In this document: positions 19,967-29,538 of the stretch, piece after piece
Position numbering within the stretch: the stretch's first letter is position 1
Layout of the letters: each line of letters starts with the position of its first letter
NCBI GenBank assembly: GCA_028712705.1
Contig: JAQTPP010000002.1
Span: 43,180 to 107,179 of the forward strand
Source: Candidatus Daviesbacteria bacterium
GTDB lineage: Bacteria; Patescibacteriota; Microgenomatia; Daviesbacterales; UBA10151
DNA: 64,000 bases
Direction of reading: 5' to 3'
Translations under genes and position numbers: made by a program
Notes under the pieces: model-generated
What the model was told of the DNA's origin: nothing
Seen by the model: only the letters and a program-made list of their open reading frames with translations
Databases searched by the model: none

Positions 19967-20555
19967 GTATACCTACAATTTTACCTAATAATCTAGTCTC
20001 CGGATATATTGGAATATTTTTATACCTTGGATTCTCCGGTTTTAGATAAACCTTGCCATCATCATGAACAAATCTTTTGACTGTTGTTTCGTCATCATTT
20101 CTTGCAAGCACAATATCCCCATTTTTAAACTCTTTAGCATTCCTTACAATTACTATATCTCCATCCTCAATATTAGCCCCTATCATAGAATCACCGCTAA
20201 TTCTTACCAAACGATCGCTGGAGGTAACTTGTACATCGTCTGTTACACGCCATTCGTTAATTTCATAAGTTTGCATATATGGTCCGGCTGCACTTACTCC
20301 AACTACAGGAGCCATTTGTTTTAAACCTAACTCCTTAATACCTTTATCCAAAATTCTTAAGCCTCTTGCCATGCCTTCCGCTTTTTCTATATAACCCTTG
20401 TCTTCCAGGAGTTTTAATATATCTAAAACTGCTTGATTAGAGGAAACTTCAAGAGCGTCACGTAGTTCTGCTAAAGTTGGGGGATAACCGGAATCTGAAA
20501 TGGATTTGTAAATAAGTTTTAAGACTTCGGCTTGGCGGACAGTAATTTTATCCAT
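19941..20555 (-). CDS. lexA: LexA repressor (wHTH plus S24 peptidase)
   Basis: N-terminal winged HTH. Ala-Gly cleavage site 'SAAGP'. 'GDSM' Ser box and catalytic Lys region 'VKRF'. Confidence 0.8.
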   Translation of the reverse strand: MDKITVRQAEVLKLIYKSISDSGYPPTLAELRDALEVSSNQAVLDILKLLEDKGYIEKAEGMARGLRILDKGIKELGLKQMAPVVGVSAAGPYMQTYEINEWRVTDDVQVTSSDRLVRISGDSMIGANIEDGDIVIVRNAKEFKNGDIVLARNDDETTVKRFVHDDGKVYLKPENPRYKNIPIYPETRLLGKIVGILGKSKING

Positions 20556-20569
20556 GACTAATCTATAAT

Positions 20570-20587
20570 ACTGACTAAATAGTCAGT
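20570..20587. promoter_or_regulatory. Candidate LexA operator: near-perfect palindrome ACTGACTAA-ATAGTCAGT
   Basis: 18-bp palindrome with 8 of 9 arm positions symmetric, 15 nt upstream of the lexA start. Not the E. coli or Cheo consensus. Confidence 0.35.
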
Positions 20588-20752
20588 TTGTCAAGAAGTA
20601 ATTTGTCCATTTTTCTTGCCTAATTATTGCACAGAAGAGGTCGGGAATAAAGATCGGTCCACCTCGGAGTCAAAGCCCACCTTCGAGGTGTTGTTAAATG
20701 GGTTGGGCAGAAGTGGAAGTTTGGCTCATTTTGAAGTAGAATATCCAGATTA

Positions 20753-22987
20753 ATGAAACAAGTTGTTGTAGCGCTTCTGGTAATAATAACTATAATTAGT
20801 CTTCTGGTAATTGCCTTCACCGTTAATCAGGTAGGGGAAGAAGAACAAAGGCTTAAATCTGATTTGCAATACCGGTCTACCCTTCTTGCCGAAAGCCTGA
20901 AAGAAACAGTCGAACCAAATTTTATTAATAAATCAGAAAACTACTTACAGGATGTAGTAGAAAGGTTTGCTAATAAAGAAAGGTTTGCAGGATTGGGGAT
21001 CTATGACAATAAAAATAAAGTTATTGCGGTTTCCTCTACCATCCCCGAGGCCACCTCTGCTGCTTCCGAGATAGTTGCCAATGCTATGGATGCGGATAAA
21101 GCAAGCGGAGATTTTGAAAAATTTGCGAACAAAAAAATGTATGTTTTGGCAATACCTTTACATGATGACAAAAGCATAGTGGGCGCCTTAATGGTGGTAC
21201 AAAATGCCGGTTATATTGATGACCGCTTAAACGAAATCTGGAAAAATAATCTTATCAGATTACTTATTCAGGCATCACTACTCTCTCTTGCTACAGTTCT
21301 TCTGATACGCTGGATTATTTACAGACCAATCCGGGGGTTGGTTGAGACATTAAAATTAGCAAGAATGGGAGGAGTGGAACAAAACCCCAAAGGCTTAACA
21401 AACTCTTTTTTCTTTCGACCCCTTGTTAAAGAAATTTCCAATATGAGAAGCAGTTTAATGGAGGCCAGAATTTCAGCCAGCGAAGAGGCCAGGCTGCGGT
21501 TGGAAAAATTAGATTCTCCGTGGACAGCAGAGAGATTGAAGGAATTTATCAAAGATATTTTAAAAGGAAGGACTATTTTTATGGTTTCCAACAGGGAGCC
21601 TTATATCCACACAAAAACAGGGAGAAAAATCGATTATTATTTTCCGGCCAGCGGTGTGGTCACGGCAATTGAGCCGGTGATGCGGGCTTGCGGTGGGGTC
21701 TGGATTGCCCATGGGAGCGGTGATGCAGACCGGTTGGTTGTTGATAGCAGCAGCAAAATAAAAGTTCCGCCCGATGAACCAAAATATGTACTGCGGCGTA
21801 TCTGGTTAACCGATAAAGAAGAAGCGGGTTATTATTACGGTTTTTCCAATGAAGCATTGTGGCCTCTTTGTCATATAGTTCATCAGAGACCGACTTTTAG
21901 AAAAGAAGATTGGGAAGAATATAAAAAAGTCAATCAAAAGTTTGCCGATGTTATCATTTCCGAAATAAAAAACCAAGATCGGCCGATTGTTTTAATTCAA
22001 GATTTTCACCTGGCTTTGGTTCCGAAAATGGTCAAGATGCAAAGATCAGGGGCTGTCGTAGGGATTTTTTGGCATATTCCCTGGTCAAGCCCGGAATCTT
22101 TTAGTATCTGCCCTTGGAAAAAGGAAATTTTAGACGGCATGTTGGGAGCAGATCTCATTGGCTTTCAGACTCAACTTCATTGCAATAACTTTATTGAAAC
22201 GGTCGGTAGAGAACTTGAATCCCTCATAGATTTTGAACGATTCGCAATTACCAGAAGTAACCATATCTCTTATGTCAAACCATTTCCAATCAGTATTGCT
22301 TTTCCAAACGGTTTTGATAAAGCAAAAGATCTGGACGGAAAAGAAGAAAAAGAGCGCTTACTCAAGAGCTTAAGGATCAAGACTAAATATATCGGGCTGG
22401 GGATTGACAGGCTTGATTATACAAAAGGAATTCTGGAACGGTTTAAAGCAATTGAGGTTTTCCTAAATAAATACCCACTTTACAAAGGTAAATTTACCTT
22501 TGTCCAAATTGCCGCCCCCAGCAGAACCAGAATTAAAAAATACCGTGATTTTGCAATCGAGGTAGAAAACGAAGCGGAAAGAATTAATGCTTTATTTAAA
22601 ACAAAAGCCTGGCAGCCGATTATACTTTTGGTAAAACATCACAGCCACAGCGAAATCCAGAAATTTTACAGAGCTACAGATTTTTGTCTGGTGACATCCT
22701 TACATGACGGAATGAATCTGGTGGCAAAAGAATATGTGGCCTCAAGATATGATGAAAAGGGAGTTTTAATTTTGAGTCAATATACCGGTGCTTCAAGAGA
22801 GTTGAAAGATGCCTTGATTGTTAATCCCTACAACGGAGAACAAACAGCAGATGCTATAAAGAAAGCGCTGGAGATGACCGCAAAAGAGCAGACTAAAAGG
22901 ATGCGCAGCATGAGGGAAATAATCAAAAATTATAATGTTTACCGCTGGTCGGCAGAACTTTTAAAGACTATAGTCAATTTAGGGTAA
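20753..22987 (+). CDS. otsA: Trehalose-6-phosphate synthase (GT20, OtsA) with an N-terminal membrane/sensor extension
   Basis: The C-terminal ~470 aa carry GT20 motifs ('VSNREPY', 'YYYGFSNEALWPLCH'). The N-terminal ~270 aa have two TM helices flanking an extracytoplasmic segment. Confidence 0.8.
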   Translation: MKQVVVALLVIITIISLLVIAFTVNQVGEEEQRLKSDLQYRSTLLAESLKETVEPNFINKSENYLQDVVERFANKERFAGLGIYDNKNKVIAVSSTIPEATSAASEIVANAMDADKASGDFEKFANKKMYVLAIPLHDDKSIVGALMVVQNAGYIDDRLNEIWKNNLIRLLIQASLLSLATVLLIRWIIYRPIRGLVETLKLARMGGVEQNPKGLTNSFFFRPLVKEISNMRSSLMEARISASEEARLRLEKLDSPWTAERLKEFIKDILKGRTIFMVSNREPYIHTKTGRKIDYYFPASGVVTAIEPVMRACGGVWIAHGSGDADRLVVDSSSKIKVPPDEPKYVLRRIWLTDKEEAGYYYGFSNEALWPLCHIVHQRPTFRKEDWEEYKKVNQKFADVIISEIKNQDRPIVLIQDFHLALVPKMVKMQRSGAVVGIFWHIPWSSPESFSICPWKKEILDGMLGADLIGFQTQLHCNNFIETVGRELESLIDFERFAITRSNHISYVKPFPISIAFPNGFDKAKDLDGKEEKERLLKSLRIKTKYIGLGIDRLDYTKGILERFKAIEVFLNKYPLYKGKFTFVQIAAPSRTRIKKYRDFAIEVENEAERINALFKTKAWQPIILLVKHHSHSEIQKFYRATDFCLVTSLHDGMNLVAKEYVASRYDEKGVLILSQYTGASRELKDALIVNPYNGEQTADAIKKALEMTAKEQTKRMRSMREIIKNYNVYRWSAELLKTIVNLG

Positions 22988-22989
22988 TT

Positions 22990-23775
22990 ATGGATTTATG
23001 GAAAGATTTAAACAAAATTACCGCTCTTTTTAAGAGAGGCCCCATAAAAATTTTAATGCTGGATTTTGACGGCACTTTAGCTCCGATTGCCGGATCTCCG
23101 GATAAAGCAAAGCTTTCAAAAGAATCTAAAAATTTATTAATCAAGCTTAGCAAAAAGAGGGGGTTTTATTTGGCAATTATCAGCGGTAGAAGTTTAAGCG
23201 AGCTGAAAAAGAAAGTTAACTTAAAAAACATCATCTATGCCGGCAATCATGGGTTGGAGGGAGAAATTTTTAATCAAAAGTATGCCTTTCCTATACCAAA
23301 CAAAACTTTAGTAACTTTAAAAAATATCCGCGGACAACTTGATAAAATAGCCAGCCGGTTTAAAGGGGTATTTATTGAGGATAAAGGCTTGGCATTAAGT
23401 TTTCACTACCGGCTGGTAAGCAAACAACAAGTACCTCCTGCTAAATTACTTTTTAAAAAAACGCTGAAGTCTTATCTTAAAATTGGCTTAATCTCTATCG
23501 TGGCAGGGAAAATGGTATTTGATGTACGACCAAGACTAAATTGGAATAAAGGCAGTTTTGCAAAGCTAGTAATTAACCAAATACATATACAAACAAAAAC
23601 AATACCGGTCGTCGTTTTTATCGGTGACGACAAAACCGATGAGGACGTTTTTCAAAAAGTCGGAAAAGGAATTACCATAAAAGTAGGCGGTGGTTACCGA
23701 TCAAACGCTAAGTATCGGCTTAGTAATACCAAAGATGTTTTTAAGTTTCTTGAGTGGATAGCAGATAATTTCTAG
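22990..23775 (+). CDS. otsB: Trehalose-6-phosphate phosphatase (HAD-IIB, OtsB)
   Basis: 'LMLDFDGTLAP' (DxDGT) and 'GDDKTDEDVF'. Confidence 0.85.
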   Translation: MDLWKDLNKITALFKRGPIKILMLDFDGTLAPIAGSPDKAKLSKESKNLLIKLSKKRGFYLAIISGRSLSELKKKVNLKNIIYAGNHGLEGEIFNQKYAFPIPNKTLVTLKNIRGQLDKIASRFKGVFIEDKGLALSFHYRLVSKQQVPPAKLLFKKTLKSYLKIGLISIVAGKMVFDVRPRLNWNKGSFAKLVINQIHIQTKTIPVVVFIGDDKTDEDVFQKVGKGITIKVGGGYRSNAKYRLSNTKDVFKFLEWIADNF

Positions 23776-24922
23776 TCACTGTAGAGAAACACACAGGTTT
23801 CTCTGTGTGCAACGACTCATTAGCTTTTATTGCCTGCTGGTATATCTTTAGTGTTATTCTGATAACATCATCCAAATTAAATTTTTCTTTAATTCTTTGC
23901 CTTGCTGCTCTTCCCATTTGTCTGGCAAGCGCTTTTTTTCTTAACAGGATTGTCAATTGATCGGCTAATTCCCCAACCTTGTCGGTTTGTAGTAATAATC
24001 CATGAATGTTATGTTCAACTACAAAAGGCTTAGTTAATGATCGTTTTGCTACAATAGGTAATTCTGATGCCATTGCCTCCATGACCGCCATCCCTCTATT
24101 TATCGGGGGATAGCAAAAGACATCCGCAGCAGAATGAAACTTCCTGATATCGAAATGTGCAGGGTATATTAATACTTTTCCGGAGAGATTACTTTTCATT
24201 ATTTTTTCTTCTATTTTTGCTTTCGTATCCCCCCATTCGTCATCACCTGCAATAATCAATCTGGCGCTAGGAATTCTCTTGCATACAATCTTAAAAGCGT
24301 CTACCAACTTCTCTATACCTTTTCCTGGAACTATTCTTGATAAGCATAAAATTACTCTGTTGTAAGAAGTAAGATTTAGAGAATTACGTGTTTCTATCCT
24401 TTCCTCATTTGTAATAGAAGTAAAGTTATTTAAGTTTATCCCATTAAGCACAATTTTTACTCTGGTTTTTTTAAGTCCATTCCGAATTAATCTCTTAGCC
24501 AGATAAGGGGCAATTGTGATAACAATATCGCAGTTAGAATTTAACTCATTTACAACAAAAGCATATTCGCTAGCTTTGTAAGCAAGGTGTTCATGACTAA
24601 TAACCGGGATCTGAAAAACCCTTCGTGCCAACTGACAGCACAAGAGCGAATTCCTGCATTGTGCATGGATTAGTTGAGGTTTATATTTTTTGGCAATATC
24701 AAATATAATTTTTTCGGCTATTTGTTTGTTTTGTCTACTCCTTGATATTGGTGCGAAAAACAATTTAATTTTTGGAGAAATATGCGACGCATATGGTCCT
24801 TGTCCTGCAACCAATATTACTGAAATATTATTATTAATCAATGCATTAGCAAGATTAATCGCATATCTTTCCGAACCACCAAAATTGAGTTGTTTTAAAA
24901 CTATTAATACCGATTTAATCAT
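23741..24922 (-). CDS. Glycosyltransferase family 4 (GT-B, group 1)
   Basis: 'GGSERY' N-domain and the EX7E-type C-domain 'PINRGMAVMEAMASELPIV'. Confidence 0.8.
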   Translation of the reverse strand: MIKSVLIVLKQLNFGGSERYAINLANALINNNISVILVAGQGPYASHISPKIKLFFAPISRSRQNKQIAEKIIFDIAKKYKPQLIHAQCRNSLLCCQLARRVFQIPVISHEHLAYKASEYAFVVNELNSNCDIVITIAPYLAKRLIRNGLKKTRVKIVLNGINLNNFTSITNEERIETRNSLNLTSYNRVILCLSRIVPGKGIEKLVDAFKIVCKRIPSARLIIAGDDEWGDTKAKIEEKIMKSNLSGKVLIYPAHFDIRKFHSAADVFCYPPINRGMAVMEAMASELPIVAKRSLTKPFVVEHNIHGLLLQTDKVGELADQLTILLRKKALARQMGRAARQRIKEKFNLDDVIRITLKIYQQAIKANESLHTEKPVCFSTVTRNYLLSTQET

Positions 24923-24992
24923 GAGTGCATTTTAACAGATAAGGAGGATTGCGCCAATGCAATATATACAGTAATTTTGGTATAGTGTTCGT

Positions 24993-26204
24993 ATGGACAA
25001 TATTAGCCGCAACTACCGTGAGTTACTCAAGGAGAACCGTAGAGTAACAGATGGTTTTCAATATACCATTCCCTCTCCTACTTCTTATCCATACCAATGG
25101 CTATGGGATTCTTGCTTCCATGCCATAATTTTGTCTCACTTTAAAGTAGCTGATGCAAAAAAAGAAATTCTATCGCTTTTGTCAAAACAGTTTCAAAACG
25201 GGATGATCCCCCATATGATTTATTGGAAAAAATATAAAAAGACAGATTTCCCCCGAATTAAGTGGGGGAAAGAAGAAACCAGCACTATTACTCAACCGCC
25301 AATGCTCGCATTTGCAGTGTGGCAGATTTTTCAGAAGGAAAAAGATAAACTTTTCCTAAGATCGGTTTATCCTCATCTTTACCACTTTTATAGATATTTG
25401 CTAACCGAGCGCGATCCTCATGAAAATCATCTAATTGGAATTATAAATCCTGATGAATCCGGCGAAGACAACTCTCCCAGATTTGATTTACCTTTAGGAT
25501 TACCGCCGGTGCAGACTTTAAAAGAAAATATTAAAAGAAGGCTCAAATTAGTGGCTCAAAATATTGAGTGTAAATTTGATGCCCCATTTTGCATGAGGAA
25601 TTTTTTCTGGGTTAAAGATGTATCTTTTAATTCCATTATGGTAGCAAATTTAACTTTTTTGGCAAAAGTTGCCAGAGAGCTGGGTAACAGCGAGGATGCT
25701 ACTTATTTTATGAAAGTAGCAGAAGATATATCCTCTGCTATGAGACAATTTATGCGGGAAAATGGTGTTTTTTACTCAACTTATGGGGAGGAATACAAAA
25801 AGATTAAAGTTAAGACCTGGGCCATATTTGCTCCGCTTTTTGCTAAAATCCTCGGTCAAGAAGAGGCGAAACAATTAGTTAATCGGCACTTGCTTAATAC
25901 GAGGGAGTTTTGGACGAATTTTCCGATTCCGACTACCTCTTTAGATGAACCATCCTTTGACCCCCAAGGTTATTGGAGAGGATCTAGCTGGATAGCGACT
26001 AATTGGTTTGTCTATAAGGGTTTGCTAAATTATGGCTTCCGGGACATAGCAGAAGAAATTAAAAAATCCTCTACTAGTTTAATCCAAAAATCCGGCTTCC
26101 GTGAATATTTTAATCCCCAAACAGGGGAGGGATTAGGGGCAGAGAGTTTTACTTGGGGCGGGTTAGTTATAGATATGGATGGATTTGATACAATTAACTC
26201 GTGA
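24993..26204 (+). CDS. Six-hairpin glycoside hydrolase-like protein (GH63/trehalase-like)
   Basis: 'YPYQWLWDSCFH' and acidic/aromatic motifs typical of (alpha/alpha)6 glycosidases. Weak family assignment. Confidence 0.4.
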   Translation: MDNISRNYRELLKENRRVTDGFQYTIPSPTSYPYQWLWDSCFHAIILSHFKVADAKKEILSLLSKQFQNGMIPHMIYWKKYKKTDFPRIKWGKEETSTITQPPMLAFAVWQIFQKEKDKLFLRSVYPHLYHFYRYLLTERDPHENHLIGIINPDESGEDNSPRFDLPLGLPPVQTLKENIKRRLKLVAQNIECKFDAPFCMRNFFWVKDVSFNSIMVANLTFLAKVARELGNSEDATYFMKVAEDISSAMRQFMRENGVFYSTYGEEYKKIKVKTWAIFAPLFAKILGQEEAKQLVNRHLLNTREFWTNFPIPTTSLDEPSFDPQGYWRGSSWIATNWFVYKGLLNYGFRDIAEEIKKSSTSLIQKSGFREYFNPQTGEGLGAESFTWGGLVIDMDGFDTINS

Positions 26205-27424
26205 AAAATATACTTAAACAAACCTCCTGGCTGTTTTTTTCTCAAACTATAACCAGAATAATAGGCTTTTTTTATGTGATCTATTTAGCCAGGATTTTAG
26301 GTGTTTCTGATTTTGGTTTATATACCGTAGCTCTGGCATATTTTTCAATAATTTCTTCAATTGCTGACTTTGGATTTAATAGATTTTTAATTAGGGAAGT
26401 TGCAAGAGACAGATTACAGGCGCCTCAACTTATTTGTAATGTGGCTGTATTTCGATTAACGCTAACTTCGGTTTTATTCGCAGTATTTTCTATATTTTTA
26501 TATGCGTTGGATCAGGATAAAATGAGGATTAGCTTGATTTTGCTGGCGACGCTTGCGATTTTACCTCAATCTATTGCCTTCACCTTTGATGCAATTTTTG
26601 TTGCAATTCAAAAATTGCAGTTTTCTGCCGGCGCTCTTTTTATCTCCAGTTTAACAACCGCCCTTGCCGGTTTAATCTTAATTGAAAACGGTTTTGGTGT
26701 TTGGGGCGCAGTGAATGCTTTAATTCTGGGACAGTTTATTTATGCGGCTGCCTTAACTTATCTTTTATATAGACAACAAGGGATATTTTTATCGGCGATT
26801 AAATCACGCGTAATTAAGGAAGCAATACTGGGGTCTTTGCCTTATGGGCTACTTTCGGTATTAGGGTTGCTCTATTTCAGGATTGATAGCGTTTTACTTT
26901 CTTATATCAAAGGAAATTTTGAGACGGGTATTTACGGGGTTGCCTATAAGTTCTTAGAAGCTGTGATATTTATTCCCGGAGCTTTTTCACTGGCTCTGTT
27001 TCCAATTTTGGCGAAGCTGCATGATGATAGGACAGATGAGATGAGAAAGCTATATTTTAAGAGCATTAAGGTGATGGGGGTAGTAGGCATAGTATTATTT
27101 CTCATATATTTTTTGATATTGCCTTCATTAATAAAACTTTTTTTGCCAAATTATTTGCAATCTATAGAAGCTATAAGGATACTCTCTTTTTCAATTCCGT
27201 TTATATTTATAGCTGCTCCCGGCGTACAAGTTTTATTATCATCCGAAAAATATTTAAAATTAGTGGTATTGCTCTCACTTTTTACAGTGGCATTTAATGT
27301 TATATTAAACTTGAATTTTATTCCGGAATTTGGGTTTAGGGCAGCAGCCTGGATTACGGTTGCATCGGATGTGCTTTCTTTTGCCGTTTTTTACATTCTG
27401 ATTATTAAGAAGATTTTTAAATGA
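26201..27424 (+). CDS. Polysaccharide/oligosaccharide flippase (Wzx, MOP superfamily)
   Basis: 407 aa, about 12 TM helices, Wzx-like N-terminus. Confidence 0.65.
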   Translation: MKNILKQTSWLFFSQTITRIIGFFYVIYLARILGVSDFGLYTVALAYFSIISSIADFGFNRFLIREVARDRLQAPQLICNVAVFRLTLTSVLFAVFSIFLYALDQDKMRISLILLATLAILPQSIAFTFDAIFVAIQKLQFSAGALFISSLTTALAGLILIENGFGVWGAVNALILGQFIYAAALTYLLYRQQGIFLSAIKSRVIKEAILGSLPYGLLSVLGLLYFRIDSVLLSYIKGNFETGIYGVAYKFLEAVIFIPGAFSLALFPILAKLHDDRTDEMRKLYFKSIKVMGVVGIVLFLIYFLILPSLIKLFLPNYLQSIEAIRILSFSIPFIFIAAPGVQVLLSSEKYLKLVVLLSLFTVAFNVILNLNFIPEFGFRAAAWITVASDVLSFAVFYILIIKKIFK

Positions 27425-28401
27425 AAAAAAATAAGGCCTCGGTAGTAATTCCAAACTGGAATGGAAAAAATTTATTGGAAGATTGTCTGCAATCTTTGGA
27501 AAATCAAAGCTTTAAGGATTTTGAAATAATTCTGGTAGATAATGGTTCGGAAGACGAGTCGGTAAAGTATGTACAGGATAATTTTCCTCAAGTAAAGATA
27601 ATTAAATTAGAGAAGAATTTTGGTTTTGCCAGGGCTATTAATGAAGGGGTTAAAGCCTCAGTTGCCGAGTATACTCTCTTTTTAAATAATGACACTTCGG
27701 TGGATAAAGATTGGTTAAAGAATTTAATTGCTTGCGCTGATTCTCATCCCGAGATAATTTCTGTTAATTCCAAACTATTAAATTTTTATGACAGAAAGAT
27801 AATAGACGGGATAGGTATTTTAGTTAATGAGGTAGGTCAGGCCAGGTCTGTCGGCTGGCAAGAAAAAGACCTTGGTCAGTTTGATAAGGAGCAGTATATT
27901 TTTGGGGCAACAGGCGGGGCGTCGCTTTTTAGAAGGGTAGATTTTATTAAAGTAGGGGGGTTTGATGAAAATTATTTTATGTATTCGGAAGAAGTTGATT
28001 TTGCCTTTAGGGCTCAGTTTCAAGGATACAAGTCAATTTCTTGTTCTAAAGCAGTGGTATACCATAAACATAAGGCCTCGGCCCGGGAAAAACCGCACCA
28101 TATTGAATATTGGCAGTTTCGCAACATGACTCAGACAATTATTAAAGATTTTCCAACGAGCGTTTTATTTAAAAGATGGCGATGGTTAAAAATAATTGCC
28201 GTGCATTTAAATACAATTTTTTATCAAGTTAGAAACGGGTATTTTTGGCCACCGCTTTTGGCTATGCTTTGGATATTTTTTCACCTGCCTAAACTTTTAG
28301 ATGAGAGAAGGAAAATCCAGATAAATAAAAAAGTAAGTGATGAATATATTGAAAATTTTTTGAAAGAAAAGAAGATTACTTTTTGGGGGCTACGGAGATA
28401 A
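27421..28401 (+). CDS. Glycosyltransferase family 2 (GT-A)
   Basis: 'VVIPNWNG', 'DNGSED' (DxD-like), 'LFLNNDT'. Confidence 0.8.
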   Translation: MKKNKASVVIPNWNGKNLLEDCLQSLENQSFKDFEIILVDNGSEDESVKYVQDNFPQVKIIKLEKNFGFARAINEGVKASVAEYTLFLNNDTSVDKDWLKNLIACADSHPEIISVNSKLLNFYDRKIIDGIGILVNEVGQARSVGWQEKDLGQFDKEQYIFGATGGASLFRRVDFIKVGGFDENYFMYSEEVDFAFRAQFQGYKSISCSKAVVYHKHKASAREKPHHIEYWQFRNMTQTIIKDFPTSVLFKRWRWLKIIAVHLNTIFYQVRNGYFWPPLLAMLWIFFHLPKLLDERRKIQINKKVSDEYIENFLKEKKITFWGLRR

Positions 28402-29524
28402 GTAAAACCCAGACTAAAATTGGCGGATAGAACAGACTGTTGGCAAAAAAGGAATGGATAAGCAGTCCGGTAAGTCCTGAGATTAAAATTAAATTCCTGC
28501 CGGTTGAAGATTTGATGAGAGTCCATAAGAAATAAAGATAGGAAATCAGCCCCAAAATGCCGGTTGTTGATGCTACAAAGAGAAGGGAAGAGTCATTGCT
28601 GGAAGCGCCGTGACTTTTTAGAAATTGCTCATCTCCTAAGCTATATTCTCTGATTGCATACCTGTAGGCATTAAATCCTATTCCTAAAATAGGATTTTTT
28701 TGGAAAATTTGAAAGCCCTGTTGCCATGTATTAAGACGCAGTGAAGCAGATTGTTCCCTGTTGATATTCTGCGGTATAGCAACAAGACGGTTGTAAATTT
28801 GAAAACCCAGCAGCAAGAAAGTAAAAAGAAGCAAAGTTGTGACGGTATATTTCTTTGATTTTTTAGAAAGAGAAAAAGTTAAACCGCTGACTAAAAACAT
28901 AAAATAACTGCTACGGGAGAAAGTAGTTAAGAGAGCTGCATAAGTTATTATAAAAAATAATGTATTCCATTTCTTGGCCATTGCCAAATTTTGGAATATT
29001 AATATTAAAGTCAGGACCAAAAAAGCTCCGGCAAAATTTGGGTCTAAAAAAGTGGAAACAGTTCTAAAGTAGTGCGGGTCCCACCCCAGGAAACTTAAAA
29101 ATTCTAAGTTTGGAAAGATTATAAATTGCAAAAGTCCCAGTACTGCAAAAGAAATTCCGGCAAGCAAAAGTGTTTTTTGTAAACTTTTCCTGAAATCACC
29201 AAATGCATCTGAAAAGATAAGCCAGGCAATGAGAATATAAAGAGCAAAACGGATAATATACAAAAAGCCGGTAATATATTCATTTAATTTAAGATGTAAA
29301 GGAGTAAGAATAAGGGAAGCAATTGCCAGGGAAATAAAAATAAGCGCTGCGGTAATCCGGGCAGGGGGTTTGTGGAGTTGGAATTTTGTTTTGAGTAATC
29401 CCCACAGACAGAAAAAAGCTATAATAATATCTAAAATTGTGATGCCGCCGTTTGCAAAAGGTATCCTAATCAATTGACCCGCTGATATGGCGAATGCTAG
29501 TATTAGACCTAAAAGGTTAGTCAT
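28376..29524 (-). CDS. O-antigen ligase/polymerase-like membrane protein (Wzy_C family)
   Basis: 382 aa polytopic membrane protein with a central periplasmic loop. Context with wzx and the GTs. Confidence 0.5.
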   Translation of the reverse strand: MTNLLGLILAFAISAGQLIRIPFANGGITILDIIIAFFCLWGLLKTKFQLHKPPARITAALIFISLAIASLILTPLHLKLNEYITGFLYIIRFALYILIAWLIFSDAFGDFRKSLQKTLLLAGISFAVLGLLQFIIFPNLEFLSFLGWDPHYFRTVSTFLDPNFAGAFLVLTLILIFQNLAMAKKWNTLFFIITYAALLTTFSRSSYFMFLVSGLTFSLSKKSKKYTVTTLLLFTFLLLGFQIYNRLVAIPQNINREQSASLRLNTWQQGFQIFQKNPILGIGFNAYRYAIREYSLGDEQFLKSHGASSNDSSLLFVASTTGILGLISYLYFLWTLIKSSTGRNLILISGLTGLLIHSFFANSLFYPPILVWVLLISVAPKK

Positions 29525-29538
29525 GCAATATACTTTTT

